From Isorropodon fossajaponicum endosymbiont JTNG4 (lineage in GTDB: Bacteria; Pseudomonadota; Gammaproteobacteria; PS1; Pseudothioglobaceae): a DNA stretch of 32,000 nt. The position numbers were made by a program, and so were the translations under genes. Under the pieces are notes generated by a model. It saw only the letters and a list, made by a program, of their open reading frames with translations. It did no database searches and had not been told where the DNA came from. Shown piece after piece: positions 1 to 12,382 of the stretch. The stretch is taken from contig NZ_AP013043.1 in assembly GCF_016592615.1 (NCBI RefSeq), positions 450,001 to 482,000 of the forward strand, given 5' to 3'. Numbering within the stretch: the stretch's first letter is position 1; every line of letters starts with the position of its first letter.

Positions 1-10
1 TAAAACGCTT

Positions 11-36
11 AACGCCTCTACTATAAGGCGTTTTTT
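11..36 (+). terminator. Rho-independent terminator of a gene ending upstream of the window
   Basis: Stem AACGCC (11-16) pairs with GGCGTT (27-32) and runs into a T6 tract (31-36). Confidence 0.6.
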
Positions 37-69
37 AATTTAAAAAATTATTTAAAAGCTCATTTATTT

Positions 70-100
70 TTAAAATATTTATTAGCTTTGTAGGTATAAT
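70..100 (+). promoter_or_regulatory. Possible sigma70 promoter for the tRNA
   Basis: Perfect TATAAT at 95-100, 12 nt upstream of the tRNA 5' end. The only -35 candidate is weak (TTAAAA at 70-75, 19-nt spacer). Confidence 0.3.
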
Positions 101-112
101 TTCCCCTTTAAT

Positions 113-194
113 GCCGAAGTAGCACAGTTGGTAGTGGTAGTGCAACTGATTTGTAATCAGTAGGTCGCCAGTTCGAGTCCGGCCTTCGGCACCA
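113..194 (+). tRNA. tRNA-Thr (anticodon UGU) with encoded CCA and an abnormal 14-nt D-loop
   Basis: Hand-folded cloverleaf. Acceptor stem GCCGAAG/CTTCGGC. D-stem GCAC/GTGC. Anticodon stem ACTGA/TCAGT with loop TTTGTAA, giving anticodon TGT. T-arm GCCAG-TTCGAGT-CCGGC, then A-CCA. The D-loop AGTTGGTAGTGGTA contains a GGTAGT-GGTAGT tandem duplication. The T-stem has one A.C mismatch. Confidence 0.8.
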
Positions 195-373
195 TACAAA
201 TCTAAACTAATAATAACCCCAGTTTCTACATCTCGTACTAAGATTATTGGCAGGTTTTTAGATGCCAAAACAGATTATCGACACATCTTTGAATTGGGTG
301 GTGGTATTAATAATGGCTGGATTAGCAAAGGATTAAGCACCACTAAAGCGTTCACAAAACTAAAAAAACCTTG

Positions 374-1176
374 GTGGCAGTTTTGATAATAGCATCCAAC
401 AGTGTTGGTATAGGATTAAGATATCAACACTTGGCGCAATTTGTTGATGAAAAGCCAGATATGGTTTGGTTAGAAGTGCATGCTGAGAATTTTTCTCTCA
501 AGGTAAGCATACTTATCAATTGGATAAAATAGCGCAATATTACCCATTAAGTTTGCACGGTGTTGGGCTGTCTTTAGGCTCGTCTGATAAGTTGAATCAA
601 AATCATTTAAACCAGTTGAAGCATACTATTAATAGGTATAAGCCAAAACTATTTTCCGAGCATTTGAGTTGGGGGAGTGTCAATGGTCAATATTTTAATG
701 ATTTGTTGCCAATGTCTTATACAAGAGAAAGTTTAGCTCACTTTGTTGATAAAGTTAAGCAAACTCAGGATTATTTAGGTAGACAAATATTAATTGAAAA
801 TCCTTCTTCTTATTTGCAATTTGGTGAATCTAAAACGAATGAATGGGATTTTTATGCCCAATTACCCGGCCTAACAGGTTGTGGGTTATTGCTTGATATT
901 AATAATGTTTATGTCAGTTGTCAAAATTTTGGTTATGATGTATTTGATTACTTAAATGCTATTAATGGTGAGTATGTGGCTGAGATTCATCTAGCAGGGT
1001 ATACGATAAACGCTTATGAAAAAGGTGATGTTTATATTGACGATCACGGCTCTAAAGTGAGTGATCAGGTGTGGGACTTGTGCCAAAAAACCATTCAGAA
1101 GTTTGGTCAAAAACCTACCCTAATTGAGTAGGATAACAATATTCCAACTTTATCAGTTTTATTGCTGCTGAGTTGA
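374..1176 (+). pseudogene. DUF692 / MNIO-family (MbnB-like, UPF0276) enzyme, inactivated
   Basis: Translation from 404 gives VGIGLRYQHLAQFVDEKPDMVWLEVHAEN. Homology then continues in another frame (FFSQGKHTYQLDKIAQYYPLSLHGVGLSLGS...PTLIE), a 1-nt shift inside the T5 run at 490-494. The Trp codon of the conserved IEWD motif is TAG (1129-1131), and homology (DNNIPTLSVLL) continues past it. No ATG start exists; only GTG 374 or TTG 383 are available. Confidence 0.85.
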
Positions 1177-1639
1177 TTCAGATTTATCGAAATCACTATA
1201 CGCTGAGTTTGATTGATGCACTTAAGGCAAGCTATAGTTGCGTGCTGCGTTTAGTAGGCGAAGATTTTTTCAAATTATTGGCAAAAAATTACATTAGTGT
1301 ATATCCACTTAGTGCTGGTTTTTTGCAAAATTATGGTCAGTTTTTTGCTCAATTTTTAAAAGGTTTTAAGCCTTGTAAGCCTTATCCATATTTAATTGAT
1401 ATCGCCTATTTTGAAAGGTATCATGAACAGTGCTACCATGTGACAATGCACAATTTTTAATACATTCTATTTATCCCATTATAGATATTTGGCAATTAAA
1501 TGAAAGCAGCGAAGATTTAAACCTTACAGAGCAAGCGCAGTATGTTTTAATAGCCAAGAGGAATTTAGAAGTTGTGGTTAGTAAAATAAGTCAGTCAGAT
1601 TTTTTAACACTAGGGGGAGAAAATGGAAAAATTACTTAA
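1173..1639 (+). pseudogene. DUF2063-family protein (partner of DUF692 enzymes), N-terminally truncated and frameshifted
   Basis: IQIYRNHYTLSLIDALKASYSCVLRLVGEDFFKLLAKNYISVYPLSAGFLQNYG matches the YRNN..L..AL....LVG..F..LA..Y core of DUF2063. The usual N-terminal segment is absent. The reading frame switches around 1430-1460 (ORFs 1173-1460 and 1430-1639). Confidence 0.7.
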
Positions 1640-2085
1640 TTTATGTAATACAATCTTTGATTTATATAATACAGTTTTTAATAAAATTTATATATTTAGC
1701 AACGATTTTCTTAAATTATTTGTACGTCTTTATGTTGCAGATGCTTTTTTTCGTGCTGGCTGGATTAAACTTAATGCCTGGGATTCAACCTTGTATTTAT
1801 TTGAATCAGAATACAGCGTAACCCCTTATTCCTTGGAAGTTAGCAGCTTATTTAGGCACAGCAGCAGAGCTTGTTTTGCCCATATTTTTAGTGCTCGGAT
1901 TGGCAACACGTTTAACAGCACTTATGTTGTTTTTATTTAATATTATTGCAGTGGTATCTTATCCTGTTTTGTGGGAAGGTGGGTTTTATGATCATAAACT
2001 TTGGGGTATTATGTCGCTCTTAACAGTTGTTTATGGGCAGGGGAAGTTGTCATTGGATCGTTTAATTTGTAAGAAGTGTTGCTAA
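1623..2085 (+). pseudogene. DoxX-family membrane protein, frameshifted
   Basis: FVRLYVADAFFRAGWIKLNAWDSTLYLFESEYSV is followed, in the +1 frame from 1822, by PLIPWKLAAYLGTAAELVLPIFLVLGLATRLTALMLFLFN, the typical DoxX core. An extra base near 1819-1821 places a TAA in the continuing frame. Confidence 0.75.
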
Positions 2086-2101
2086 TAACAAGGAGTTATT
2101 A

Positions 2102-3528
2102 ATGAAAATGGAAATGATGGAGGCCGTTAGAACGGTTACGCCTATTTTAGAAATACTTTCTACGTTGTTTGTTTTTGTTATAGGTTTGGTTGTTTTGATG
2201 ATTGCTGTTACTTTTGTTATTGACATCAATCAAAGCAAAAATGCAATTTTACGAAATTATCCAGTTGTTGGGTATTTTCGCTCTATTTTCTCAAGTTTGG
2301 GCGAGTTTTTTCGTCAGTATTTTTTTGCCATGGATAGAGAGGAAATGCCCTTTAACCGCGCAGAAAAAGATTGGGTGCATAAAGCAGAAAATAACAACAA
2401 TGCCACGGTTGCATTTGGCTCAACTAAAAATATTAATCCTGTTGGTACGGTACTTTTTGCCAATTGCCCCTTTCCTACTTTGGATGAAGATGCTGTAGAG
2501 ACACACCCTGTTACTATTGGAAGAGATTTTTGTAAACAACTTTATCAAGCAAAATCAGTTTTTAATATATCAGGTATGAGTTTTGGTGCCATTTCAAAGC
2601 CTGCGGAAATGGTGCAAGAATGGCAAATTGTTGGTACAACACAGGTGAAGGCGGTTTATCGCCTTATCATTTAGAAGGTGGTGCTGATATTGTTTTTCAA
2701 ATTGGTACGGCTAAATATGGCGTGCGTGATGAAATGGGCAAATTAAGTGATGAAAAATTGCTTGAGATTGCCGCGCATGACCAAGTGAAAATGTTTGAAA
2801 TTAAGATGAGTCAAGGTGCTAAACCAGGTAAAGGCGGTATTTTGCCCAATCGACATGTAGATATCGCTTCAATTAATGATTTGCTTAATATGATTAATCA
2901 TGTGCGTGAGGTGACAGGGAAACCCACTGGATTTAAGTCTGTGATTGGTGCAACGGCGTGGATAGATGATTTCTTTAAAGAAATTAACAAGCGAGGCAAG
3001 GCTTGCGCACCTGATTTTATCACTCTTGATAGTGGTGATGGTGGCACAGGTGCAGCACCCATGTTGCTACTTGATAATGTTGGACTTCCTATTAAAGAAA
3101 CGTTACCGTTTTTAGTAGATAAGCTTAATCAATATAATTTAAAACAGCGTGTGAAGGTCATTACCTCTGGTAAGTTAATTATACCAGCTGGTGTGGCATG
3201 GGCATTGTGCGCAGGTGCTGATTTTGTGGTTTCAGCACGTGGATTTATGTTTTCACTAGGCTGTATCCAAGCACTAAAGTGTAATAAAAACACTTGCCCT
3301 ACTGGTATTACCACTCATAATAAACGTTTGCAAAAAGGGCTAAATCCAGAAAACAAAGCATTAAAGGTGGCTAATTATGTTCGTAATATAACTCATGCAG
3401 TGGAGATTATTGCTCATTCTTGTGGCGTGAAAGAGCCACGAGAGCTTAATAGATCTCATGTTCGTATCGTTCAAAACAATGGTAGCTCTGTTGCTATGGA
3501 TGAAATCCACCCTTCCCAATCTGAATAG
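2102..3528 (+). pseudogene. FMN-binding glutamate-synthase-family (GltB domain-2-like) membrane-anchored protein, inactivated
   Basis: N-terminal TM helix plus NISGMSFGAISKPA, then the frame breaks around 2605-2625 before (G)ARMANCWYNTGEGGLSPYHLEGGADIVFQIGTAKYG. In addition, KPGKGGILP runs directly into NRHVDI. The segment that family members usually carry there (xKV..EIA.IRGI..G.D.ISP) appears deleted in frame (about 2840-2850). Confidence 0.75.
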
Positions 3529-3540
3529 GAAAATAAAAAA

Positions 3541-5169
3541 ATGAAAGCATCTGATTTATTTGTAAAAGCGCTTGAAAACGAAGGCGTTGAGTATATTTTT
3601 GGTATCCCAGGTGAGGAAAATTTGGATTTATTGGATTCATTAAGAAATTCATCAATTAAATTTATACTTACTCGTCATGAGCAAGCTGCTGCTTTCATGG
3701 CAGCGACTTATGGGCGATTAACTGGCAAAGCTGGCGTGTGTTTAGCAACGTTAGGTCCGGGTGCAACTAACTTAGTTACTGCTATTGCTTATGCTCAATT
3801 AGGTGCGATGCCAATGGTCATCATTACAGGACAGAAACCCATTAAAGCAGGCTTGCAAGGCAAGTTTCAAATTCTTGATATTGTGCGCATGATGGGGCCA
3901 TTAACTAAAGATTCTGATCAAATTGTATATGGTCGACAAATCCCGGCATTGGTACGTGGCGCATTTCACATTGCTGAAGAAGAGCGTCCTGGTGCAGTAC
4001 ACTTGGAATTACCTGAAGATATTGCTGAAGAAGAAGTTAGAAACGATGAAGTATTTACGAAGCAAATTCATCACCGAACTTTTGCAAGTAATTGTACGAT
4101 TAGCGTTGCAGTTGAAGCGATAAGAAATGCCAAACAACCCTTACTGCTAGTAGGTGCCGGCGCTAATAGGGGGCGTATTAGAAAGTCTTTAAGTTGCTTT
4201 GTGCAAGAAACGGGTATTTTGTTTTTTAATACACAGATGGGCAAGGGAGTGGTTGATGGCTGTCATAATCAGTTTATTGGAACTGCTGCTTTTTCTTCTA
4301 AGGATTATGTGCACGAGGTCATTAAAAAAGCTGATTTGATTGTTAATATTGGACATGACATTATCGAAAAACCGCCTTTTATCATGCAAGGTGATATGCA
4401 AGTCATGCATATTAACTTTGAAAGTGCACAATTTAAAGATATTTATTATCCTCAAATTGAATTAATTGGGGATATCGCTAATTCAATCTCTAGAATTAGA
4501 AAGTCAATGGAAGGGCATCAGTGTGAGTCCTTGTGGGCAGCATCCATTTGTGAGAAAACTCGTTATGCCATTCATCATTTAGACGAGGATGATTCATTTC
4601 CAATGTTGCCACAACGCGTTGTGGCTGATGTGCGCAAAGTGCTAGATGATGATGGCATTGTCTCACTTGATAATGGCATGTTTAAGCTTTGGTTTGCGCG
4701 TCATTACCACACTTATCAGCCTAATACATTGCTATTAGATAATGCGCTTGCAACGATGGGTGCAGGACTACCTGTAGCAATGACATGTGCATTGATGTAT
4801 CCTGAACGCCAAGTGGTGGCCGTATGTGGCGATGGTGGTTTTATGATGAACTCTCAGGAGTTAGAAACTGCCATGCGTTTAAAACTCAACTTAATTGTAT
4901 TGATTTTTACTGATGAAGGTTATGGCATGATTAAATGGAAGCAGGCAGTACAAGACTTGGTTGATTTTGGCTTAGATTTTAACAATCCTGATTTTGTTAA
5001 ATATGCAGATAGCTATGGTGCTAAAGGGCATAAAATAACCTCAGCGAATGAATTAATTCCTGTAATGGAACAAGCCTTTAATGCAGGTGGTGTACATATA
5101 ATTGATGTGCCAATTGATTATTCTCAAAATACTAAAACGTTATTAGAAGAACTTAAACAATTTAATTAA
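3541..5169 (+). CDS. Thiamine-diphosphate enzyme of the acetolactate-synthase large-subunit family (specific reaction unknown)
   Basis: Intact 542-aa ORF. N-terminal FGIPGEENLDLLDSL...TRHEQAAAFMAATYGRLTGKAGVCLATLGPGATNL and a C-terminal GDGGFMMNSQELET TPP-binding motif. AGGAAA lies upstream of the ATG. Confidence 0.85.
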   Translation: MKASDLFVKALENEGVEYIFGIPGEENLDLLDSLRNSSIKFILTRHEQAAAFMAATYGRLTGKAGVCLATLGPGATNLVTAIAYAQLGAMPMVIITGQKPIKAGLQGKFQILDIVRMMGPLTKDSDQIVYGRQIPALVRGAFHIAEEERPGAVHLELPEDIAEEEVRNDEVFTKQIHHRTFASNCTISVAVEAIRNAKQPLLLVGAGANRGRIRKSLSCFVQETGILFFNTQMGKGVVDGCHNQFIGTAAFSSKDYVHEVIKKADLIVNIGHDIIEKPPFIMQGDMQVMHINFESAQFKDIYYPQIELIGDIANSISRIRKSMEGHQCESLWAASICEKTRYAIHHLDEDDSFPMLPQRVVADVRKVLDDDGIVSLDNGMFKLWFARHYHTYQPNTLLLDNALATMGAGLPVAMTCALMYPERQVVAVCGDGGFMMNSQELETAMRLKLNLIVLIFTDEGYGMIKWKQAVQDLVDFGLDFNNPDFVKYADSYGAKGHKITSANELIPVMEQAFNAGGVHIIDVPIDYSQNTKTLLEELKQFN

Positions 5170-5175
5170 CCAAAT

Positions 5176-6561
5176 ATGATGAAAGCAAGTATTTTAACTG
5201 TCAAACAAGCCTACACTGGGAAAACCTTAAAAGTATTAACCATGCACGATGCTGGTGATGTTGAATTGATGCTTAAAACAGCAAAAAATTTACACGAACG
5301 CGAGTGTTTGCCAGCCTATCAACGACTTAAAATTTTGCAAAAATTAGCAAATTTAGTGGTTGAAGAGCATGAAGATTTTGCACGGTTGATTGCTAATGAA
5401 GGCGGCAAGCCTTTAAAAGATGCACGCATAGAAGTAACTAGAGCGATTGATGGTATTCATATTGCCATTGCTGGTATTAGAAATATTAAAGGTGAACAAG
5501 TTCCAATGGACTTAATGCAAGCAGGCGTGCAACGCTTAGCTTTTACGATTATGGAGCCAATTGGTGTGGTTGTAGCAGTGAGTGCTTTTAATCACCCACT
5601 TAATTTAATTATTCATCAAGTAGTGCCTGCTATTGCAACAGGATGCCCAGTGATTGTTAAACCAGCAGCAATCACGCCTTTATGCGCATTACGCTTTGCC
5701 CAATTGGCAATTCAGGCGGGCTTACCTGAGGGCTATTTACAAGTGGCGTTGACTGATAGGGAAAACTCAGAAAAATTGGTCACCGATTCAAGAGTGGCAT
5801 TTTTTAGTTTTATTGGTTCTGCACAAGTAGGCTGGATGCTTAAATCTAAGCTTGCACCAGGTGCGCGTTGTGCATTAGAGCATGGTGGTGTTGCTCCACT
5901 TATTTTTGATGAGTATAGTGACATGGATGGATTTATTGCGGGTGTGGTTAAAGCTGGTTTTTACCATGCTGGGCAGGTATGCGTTTCAGTACAACGTGTA
6001 TTTGCACCTAAAGATAAGGCCAAGGAAGTTGCGCAAAAAATTGCAGATGTTGCCAGTCAATTGGTTGTGGGTGATGCTATTGATGAGGTGACTGATATAG
6101 GTCCATTAATTTTACCCAAAGAGGTGGATAGGGTAGAAGCATGGGTCAATCAAGCTATTGCTGAAGGTGCGACTTTAATCACAGGTGGCAAGCGCATTAA
6201 TTCGGTGAGCTATGAACCGACTGTGTTATTAAATCCTAGTAATCATTCTAAAGTTTCTAATCAAGAAATATTTGGCCCTGTGGTTTGCGTATATAGCTAT
6301 TTTGATATTAGTGAAGCGATTGAAACTGCTAACAGCTTAGAGGTGTCGTTCCAAGCATCAATCTTTAGTGATAATATTACCACTGCCATGAACAGTGCAA
6401 AAGTACTGGCTGCTTCAGCCGTTATGATTAATGATTACACCACCTTTAGGGTTGATTGGATGCCATTTGCAGGACGTAAACATTCAGGTTATGGCATTGG
6501 TGGTATTAACCATACTATGCATAATATGCTTGAGCATAAAATGATTGTTATTAAGCATTAA
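5176..6561 (+). CDS. Aldehyde dehydrogenase family protein
   Basis: Intact 461-aa ORF only 6 nt after the TPP enzyme. It carries ALDH motifs: FNHPLN, LEHGGVAP (ELGG-type) and the catalytic-Cys region GQVCVSVQRVF. Confidence 0.85.
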   Translation: MMKASILTVKQAYTGKTLKVLTMHDAGDVELMLKTAKNLHERECLPAYQRLKILQKLANLVVEEHEDFARLIANEGGKPLKDARIEVTRAIDGIHIAIAGIRNIKGEQVPMDLMQAGVQRLAFTIMEPIGVVVAVSAFNHPLNLIIHQVVPAIATGCPVIVKPAAITPLCALRFAQLAIQAGLPEGYLQVALTDRENSEKLVTDSRVAFFSFIGSAQVGWMLKSKLAPGARCALEHGGVAPLIFDEYSDMDGFIAGVVKAGFYHAGQVCVSVQRVFAPKDKAKEVAQKIADVASQLVVGDAIDEVTDIGPLILPKEVDRVEAWVNQAIAEGATLITGGKRINSVSYEPTVLLNPSNHSKVSNQEIFGPVVCVYSYFDISEAIETANSLEVSFQASIFSDNITTAMNSAKVLAASAVMINDYTTFRVDWMPFAGRKHSGYGIGGINHTMHNMLEHKMIVIKH

Positions 6562-8279
6562 TCCTCAAATTGATGCTTGTACAGTTGAGTATATTCACCT
6601 TGATGATCTAATAGTTCTTGATGAGTGCCTTGTTCAACGATACTACCATGGCGCAGTACAATAATGCAGTCGGCCTTTTGAATGGTGCTTAATCGATGTG
6701 CAATAATAATAGTAGTTCTGTCTTTTTGCATTTCATGAATCGCATTTTGTACCTGTTTTTCAGTAGCACTGTCTAATGCCGAAGTGGCTTCGTCTAAAAT
6801 TAAGATAGGGCTGTCTTTAGCAATTGCCCTTGCAATAGCAAGTCGTTGGCGTTGTCCGCCTGAGAGTGATACGCCATTTTCGCCAATTTGCGTATCAAAC
6901 CCATGCTCTAGTTGTTGAATAAATTCATCAGCATTGGCAGCAATTGCTGAGCGTTTGATTTGTTTGTCTGGTATGGTGCCTAGTTGTCCTAAGGCAATAT
7001 TGCCTCTAATAGAGTCATTAAATAGTTGCACATTTTGATCAACAAAGGCAATATTTGAGCGTAATGAATCAATTTCAAATTGGTTAATATCTATACCATC
7101 AATAGTGATGGAGCCTTGTTTTGGCGAATAAAAGCGCATCAATAATTGAATAATAGTGGTTTTACCACTACCTGTTGCACCAACAAATGCAATTGTTTCA
7201 CCTGGTTTGATGTCTAGATTGATACGTTTAAGTACGGTCGTATTATTGTTATAACCAAATGATACGTCGTTAAATTGAATAGCGCCTTTAGGTTTTTTTA
7301 GTTTTTTAGTACCAACATTAGATTCTTCCTTTTCATTAATAAGTCCAAATACACTTTCACCTGCTGCCATCGCATTTTGCAAAGGTTTGTTGATATTGAC
7401 TAAACTTTTAGCAGGTTTAAGTAGCATACTCATTGCCGTAAAAAAAGACAAAAATTCACCCGCACTCATTTGTAGTGAAGTAGAGGAAAAATACACCACA
7501 TTACTTAAAGACAAGCCAATTAAAATATTAACAAAAGCGGTGTTAAAGCTACTAGTCATATCAACTTTAAAACGCTGTTGACGAATGTTTTTAATCAAAC
7601 TGTTAAACTTTTCACTTATTTGAGATTGGGCGTGATAAATCTTAACCAGAGTATTGCCAGAGATATTTTCATTAAGTAAATGCGTCATATCACCCATTGA
7701 TTTCTGCACCTTGATACTTGAACGACGCATACGATTAGAGGATAGTTTAACGGCTAAATACACCAGTGGTAGGAGTGCTAACAGTGTTAAACTTAGCTGC
7801 CAGTTTTTATAAAATAAATAGCCAATTAGAATAACAACAGTCATTGACGATTTAATAAAATCCAGCCAAATGGTTGAAGCACTGGCTGCAATTTGCTCAA
7901 CATCAAAAGTGAGTTTAGATAATGTTTTTCCCGTAGGGTGTTGATCAAAATATGACTTAGGTAATTTCAGTAATTTAGCAAACATGGTAACGCGTAAATC
8001 CATAATCACTTTATTAGACACCCAAGAACTAACCGCAGTAGAAGTAAGCGCAAACAATGAACTAAGAACAACAATGCCAAACAAAGCAAAGGCATAAATA
8101 AACGCAGTTTTTGATTCACGTTCAGTTGCAAACAATTCATCAACAATTCTACCTGTGATTTCTGGTACCGAACTTTCAAGCACTGTTGCCAACATCATCA
8201 TGACTGAGGTAAAGACAAGTTTGCCGACGTGTGGCTTTAAATAAACAAACAAATGAGAGATGAATTGTTTGTATTTCAT
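6558..8279 (-). CDS. msbA: Lipid A export ABC transporter permease/ATPase (MsbA-like)
   Basis: 573 aa with a six-TM N-terminal domain, Walker A GATGSGKTT, signature LSGGQRQR and Walker B ILILDEATS. Confidence 0.85.
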   Translation of the reverse strand: MKYKQFISHLFVYLKPHVGKLVFTSVMMMLATVLESSVPEITGRIVDELFATERESKTAFIYAFALFGIVVLSSLFALTSTAVSSWVSNKVIMDLRVTMFAKLLKLPKSYFDQHPTGKTLSKLTFDVEQIAASASTIWLDFIKSSMTVVILIGYLFYKNWQLSLTLLALLPLVYLAVKLSSNRMRRSSIKVQKSMGDMTHLLNENISGNTLVKIYHAQSQISEKFNSLIKNIRQQRFKVDMTSSFNTAFVNILIGLSLSNVVYFSSTSLQMSAGEFLSFFTAMSMLLKPAKSLVNINKPLQNAMAAGESVFGLINEKEESNVGTKKLKKPKGAIQFNDVSFGYNNNTTVLKRINLDIKPGETIAFVGATGSGKTTIIQLLMRFYSPKQGSITIDGIDINQFEIDSLRSNIAFVDQNVQLFNDSIRGNIALGQLGTIPDKQIKRSAIAANADEFIQQLEHGFDTQIGENGVSLSGGQRQRLAIARAIAKDSPILILDEATSALDSATEKQVQNAIHEMQKDRTTIIIAHRLSTIQKADCIIVLRHGSIVEQGTHQELLDHQGEYTQLYKHQFED

Positions 8280-8302
8280 TTGTGAATAATTAATCTTAAT
8301 AG

Positions 8303-10952
<2,650 letters not shown>

Positions 10953-10978
10953 CACAATACCAATATCAAGAAAACACC

Positions 10979-12376
10979 TTAACGCTTTTTAACAAATTTC
11001 ATTAAACGACGCTTTTTGGCAATTTGTCTAGCATTCAATACATTTTTTCTATCTTTAAAAGGGTTGTTGCCACTTTTGTATTCAATTTTGATAGGGGTGT
11101 TGATCAATTTTAGGGCATTAATAAAAAAGTTCTTTAAATAACGCTCATAGGCATTGGGCACATTTTGTAGGTGATTGCCATGAAAAGTAAACGTAGGCGG
11201 AAATACATCGGTTTGATTGACGTATTTGATTTTTAGCCTTCTGCCTTTAACAGGTGGTGGCTGATGACCTTGATTGGCCTTTTCTAAAATTTTATTCAAT
11301 ACTGAGGTTGAATATTGTCTGCCAGCGTTTTGATAAGACTGGTTAATGGGTGCAAATAATTTACCCACACCAGAGCCGTGTAGGGCAGAAATGTAATGCA
11401 CGCTAGCATAATTTGCAAAAGAAAGTTTAATGTCCAATTTGCGTTTAACTTCTTGCTTTTGATAATCACCCAAACCATCCCATTTGTTAATGACAATGAG
11501 TAATGCTCTACCTTTATCTGCAATCATGCCCAGTAGGGTAGCGTCTTGTTCAGTCACTCCAGTTTGTGCATCTAATACAAGAATGACAACATGAGCTTTT
11601 TCCAAGGCATCAATGGCTTTAATAATAGAAAATATCTCAACTTTCTCATGGGTTGAGCGTTTACGGCGAATGCCTGCTGTGTCAATGAGTGTATATTTTT
11701 GCCCTTCGCGCTCAAAAGGGATATAAATACTATCACGCGTGGTACCTGGCAAATCAATCACCAGCACACGCTCTTGCCCTAAAATACGGTTAATTAATGT
11801 TGATTTACCCACGTTAGGTCTGCCAAGTACAGCTACAGCAATGTCTTCCACTTCTTCCATTTCATCAACGGTGGCTTGAGGTAGTAAGGGCAAGGTAGCG
11901 TCAATTAAATCAGCAATACCTTGGCCATGTTCGGCTGAAATCAGCATGGGCTCACCCAGTCCAAGTTCAAAAAATTCAGCAGCTAAGATCGGGTTTAAGC
12001 CCTCAGCTTTATTACAAACTAAGATGATATTTTTTTTAAGCTTTCTAAGGCGTGCTGCGATTTCTAAATCAAGACCAATCACACCATCTCGGCTACTAAC
12101 CATAAAATAAATAACGTCTGATTCTTCTAACGCGTTCAGCACTTGACCTTGAATGCCGCTGTCAACTAAATTGTCTTTATTAGTCAGTCCGCCTGTGTCA
12201 ATAATTGTGGCAAAAGTTTGCGTATCATCATCCAAAAGCACTTCTGCATATTGACGATCGCGAGTTAACCCTTCAAAATCAGACACCAATGCTTGGCGTG
12301 AATGGCTTAGGCGGTTAAACAGCGTGGACTTACCAACATTAGGTCGTCCAACAAGACAAATAATAGGTAAGCCCAT
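10979..12376 (-). CDS. der: Ribosome-associated GTPase Der (EngA)
   Basis: 465 aa with two tandem G-domains, each containing GRPNVGKST, and a basic KH-like C-terminus. Confidence 0.95.
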   Translation of the reverse strand: MGLPIICLVGRPNVGKSTLFNRLSHSRQALVSDFEGLTRDRQYAEVLLDDDTQTFATIIDTGGLTNKDNLVDSGIQGQVLNALEESDVIYFMVSSRDGVIGLDLEIAARLRKLKKNIILVCNKAEGLNPILAAEFFELGLGEPMLISAEHGQGIADLIDATLPLLPQATVDEMEEVEDIAVAVLGRPNVGKSTLINRILGQERVLVIDLPGTTRDSIYIPFEREGQKYTLIDTAGIRRKRSTHEKVEIFSIIKAIDALEKAHVVILVLDAQTGVTEQDATLLGMIADKGRALLIVINKWDGLGDYQKQEVKRKLDIKLSFANYASVHYISALHGSGVGKLFAPINQSYQNAGRQYSTSVLNKILEKANQGHQPPPVKGRRLKIKYVNQTDVFPPTFTFHGNHLQNVPNAYERYLKNFFINALKLINTPIKIEYKSGNNPFKDRKNVLNARQIAKKRRLMKFVKKR

Positions 12377-12382
12377 GGGTGG

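Noticed and set aside
35-268. 77-aa minus-strand ORF from the track
   Set aside because: It runs antisense straight through the tRNA-Thr gene and its promoter, has no RBS and no recognisable motif. It is an artefact of the ORF caller.
262-336. Short ORF (MPKQIIDTSLNWVVVLIMAGLAKD) upstream of the DUF692 gene, considered as a possible RiPP precursor
   Set aside because: It has no signal peptide and no Cys residues, unlike DUF2282/bufferin or methanobactin-type precursors. It has no convincing RBS and cannot be supported.
6558-6561. Convergent aldehyde dehydrogenase and msbA genes overlapping by 4 nt (TTAA) with no terminator between them
   Set aside because: This is real but commonplace in compact genomes. 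No further structure was seen.
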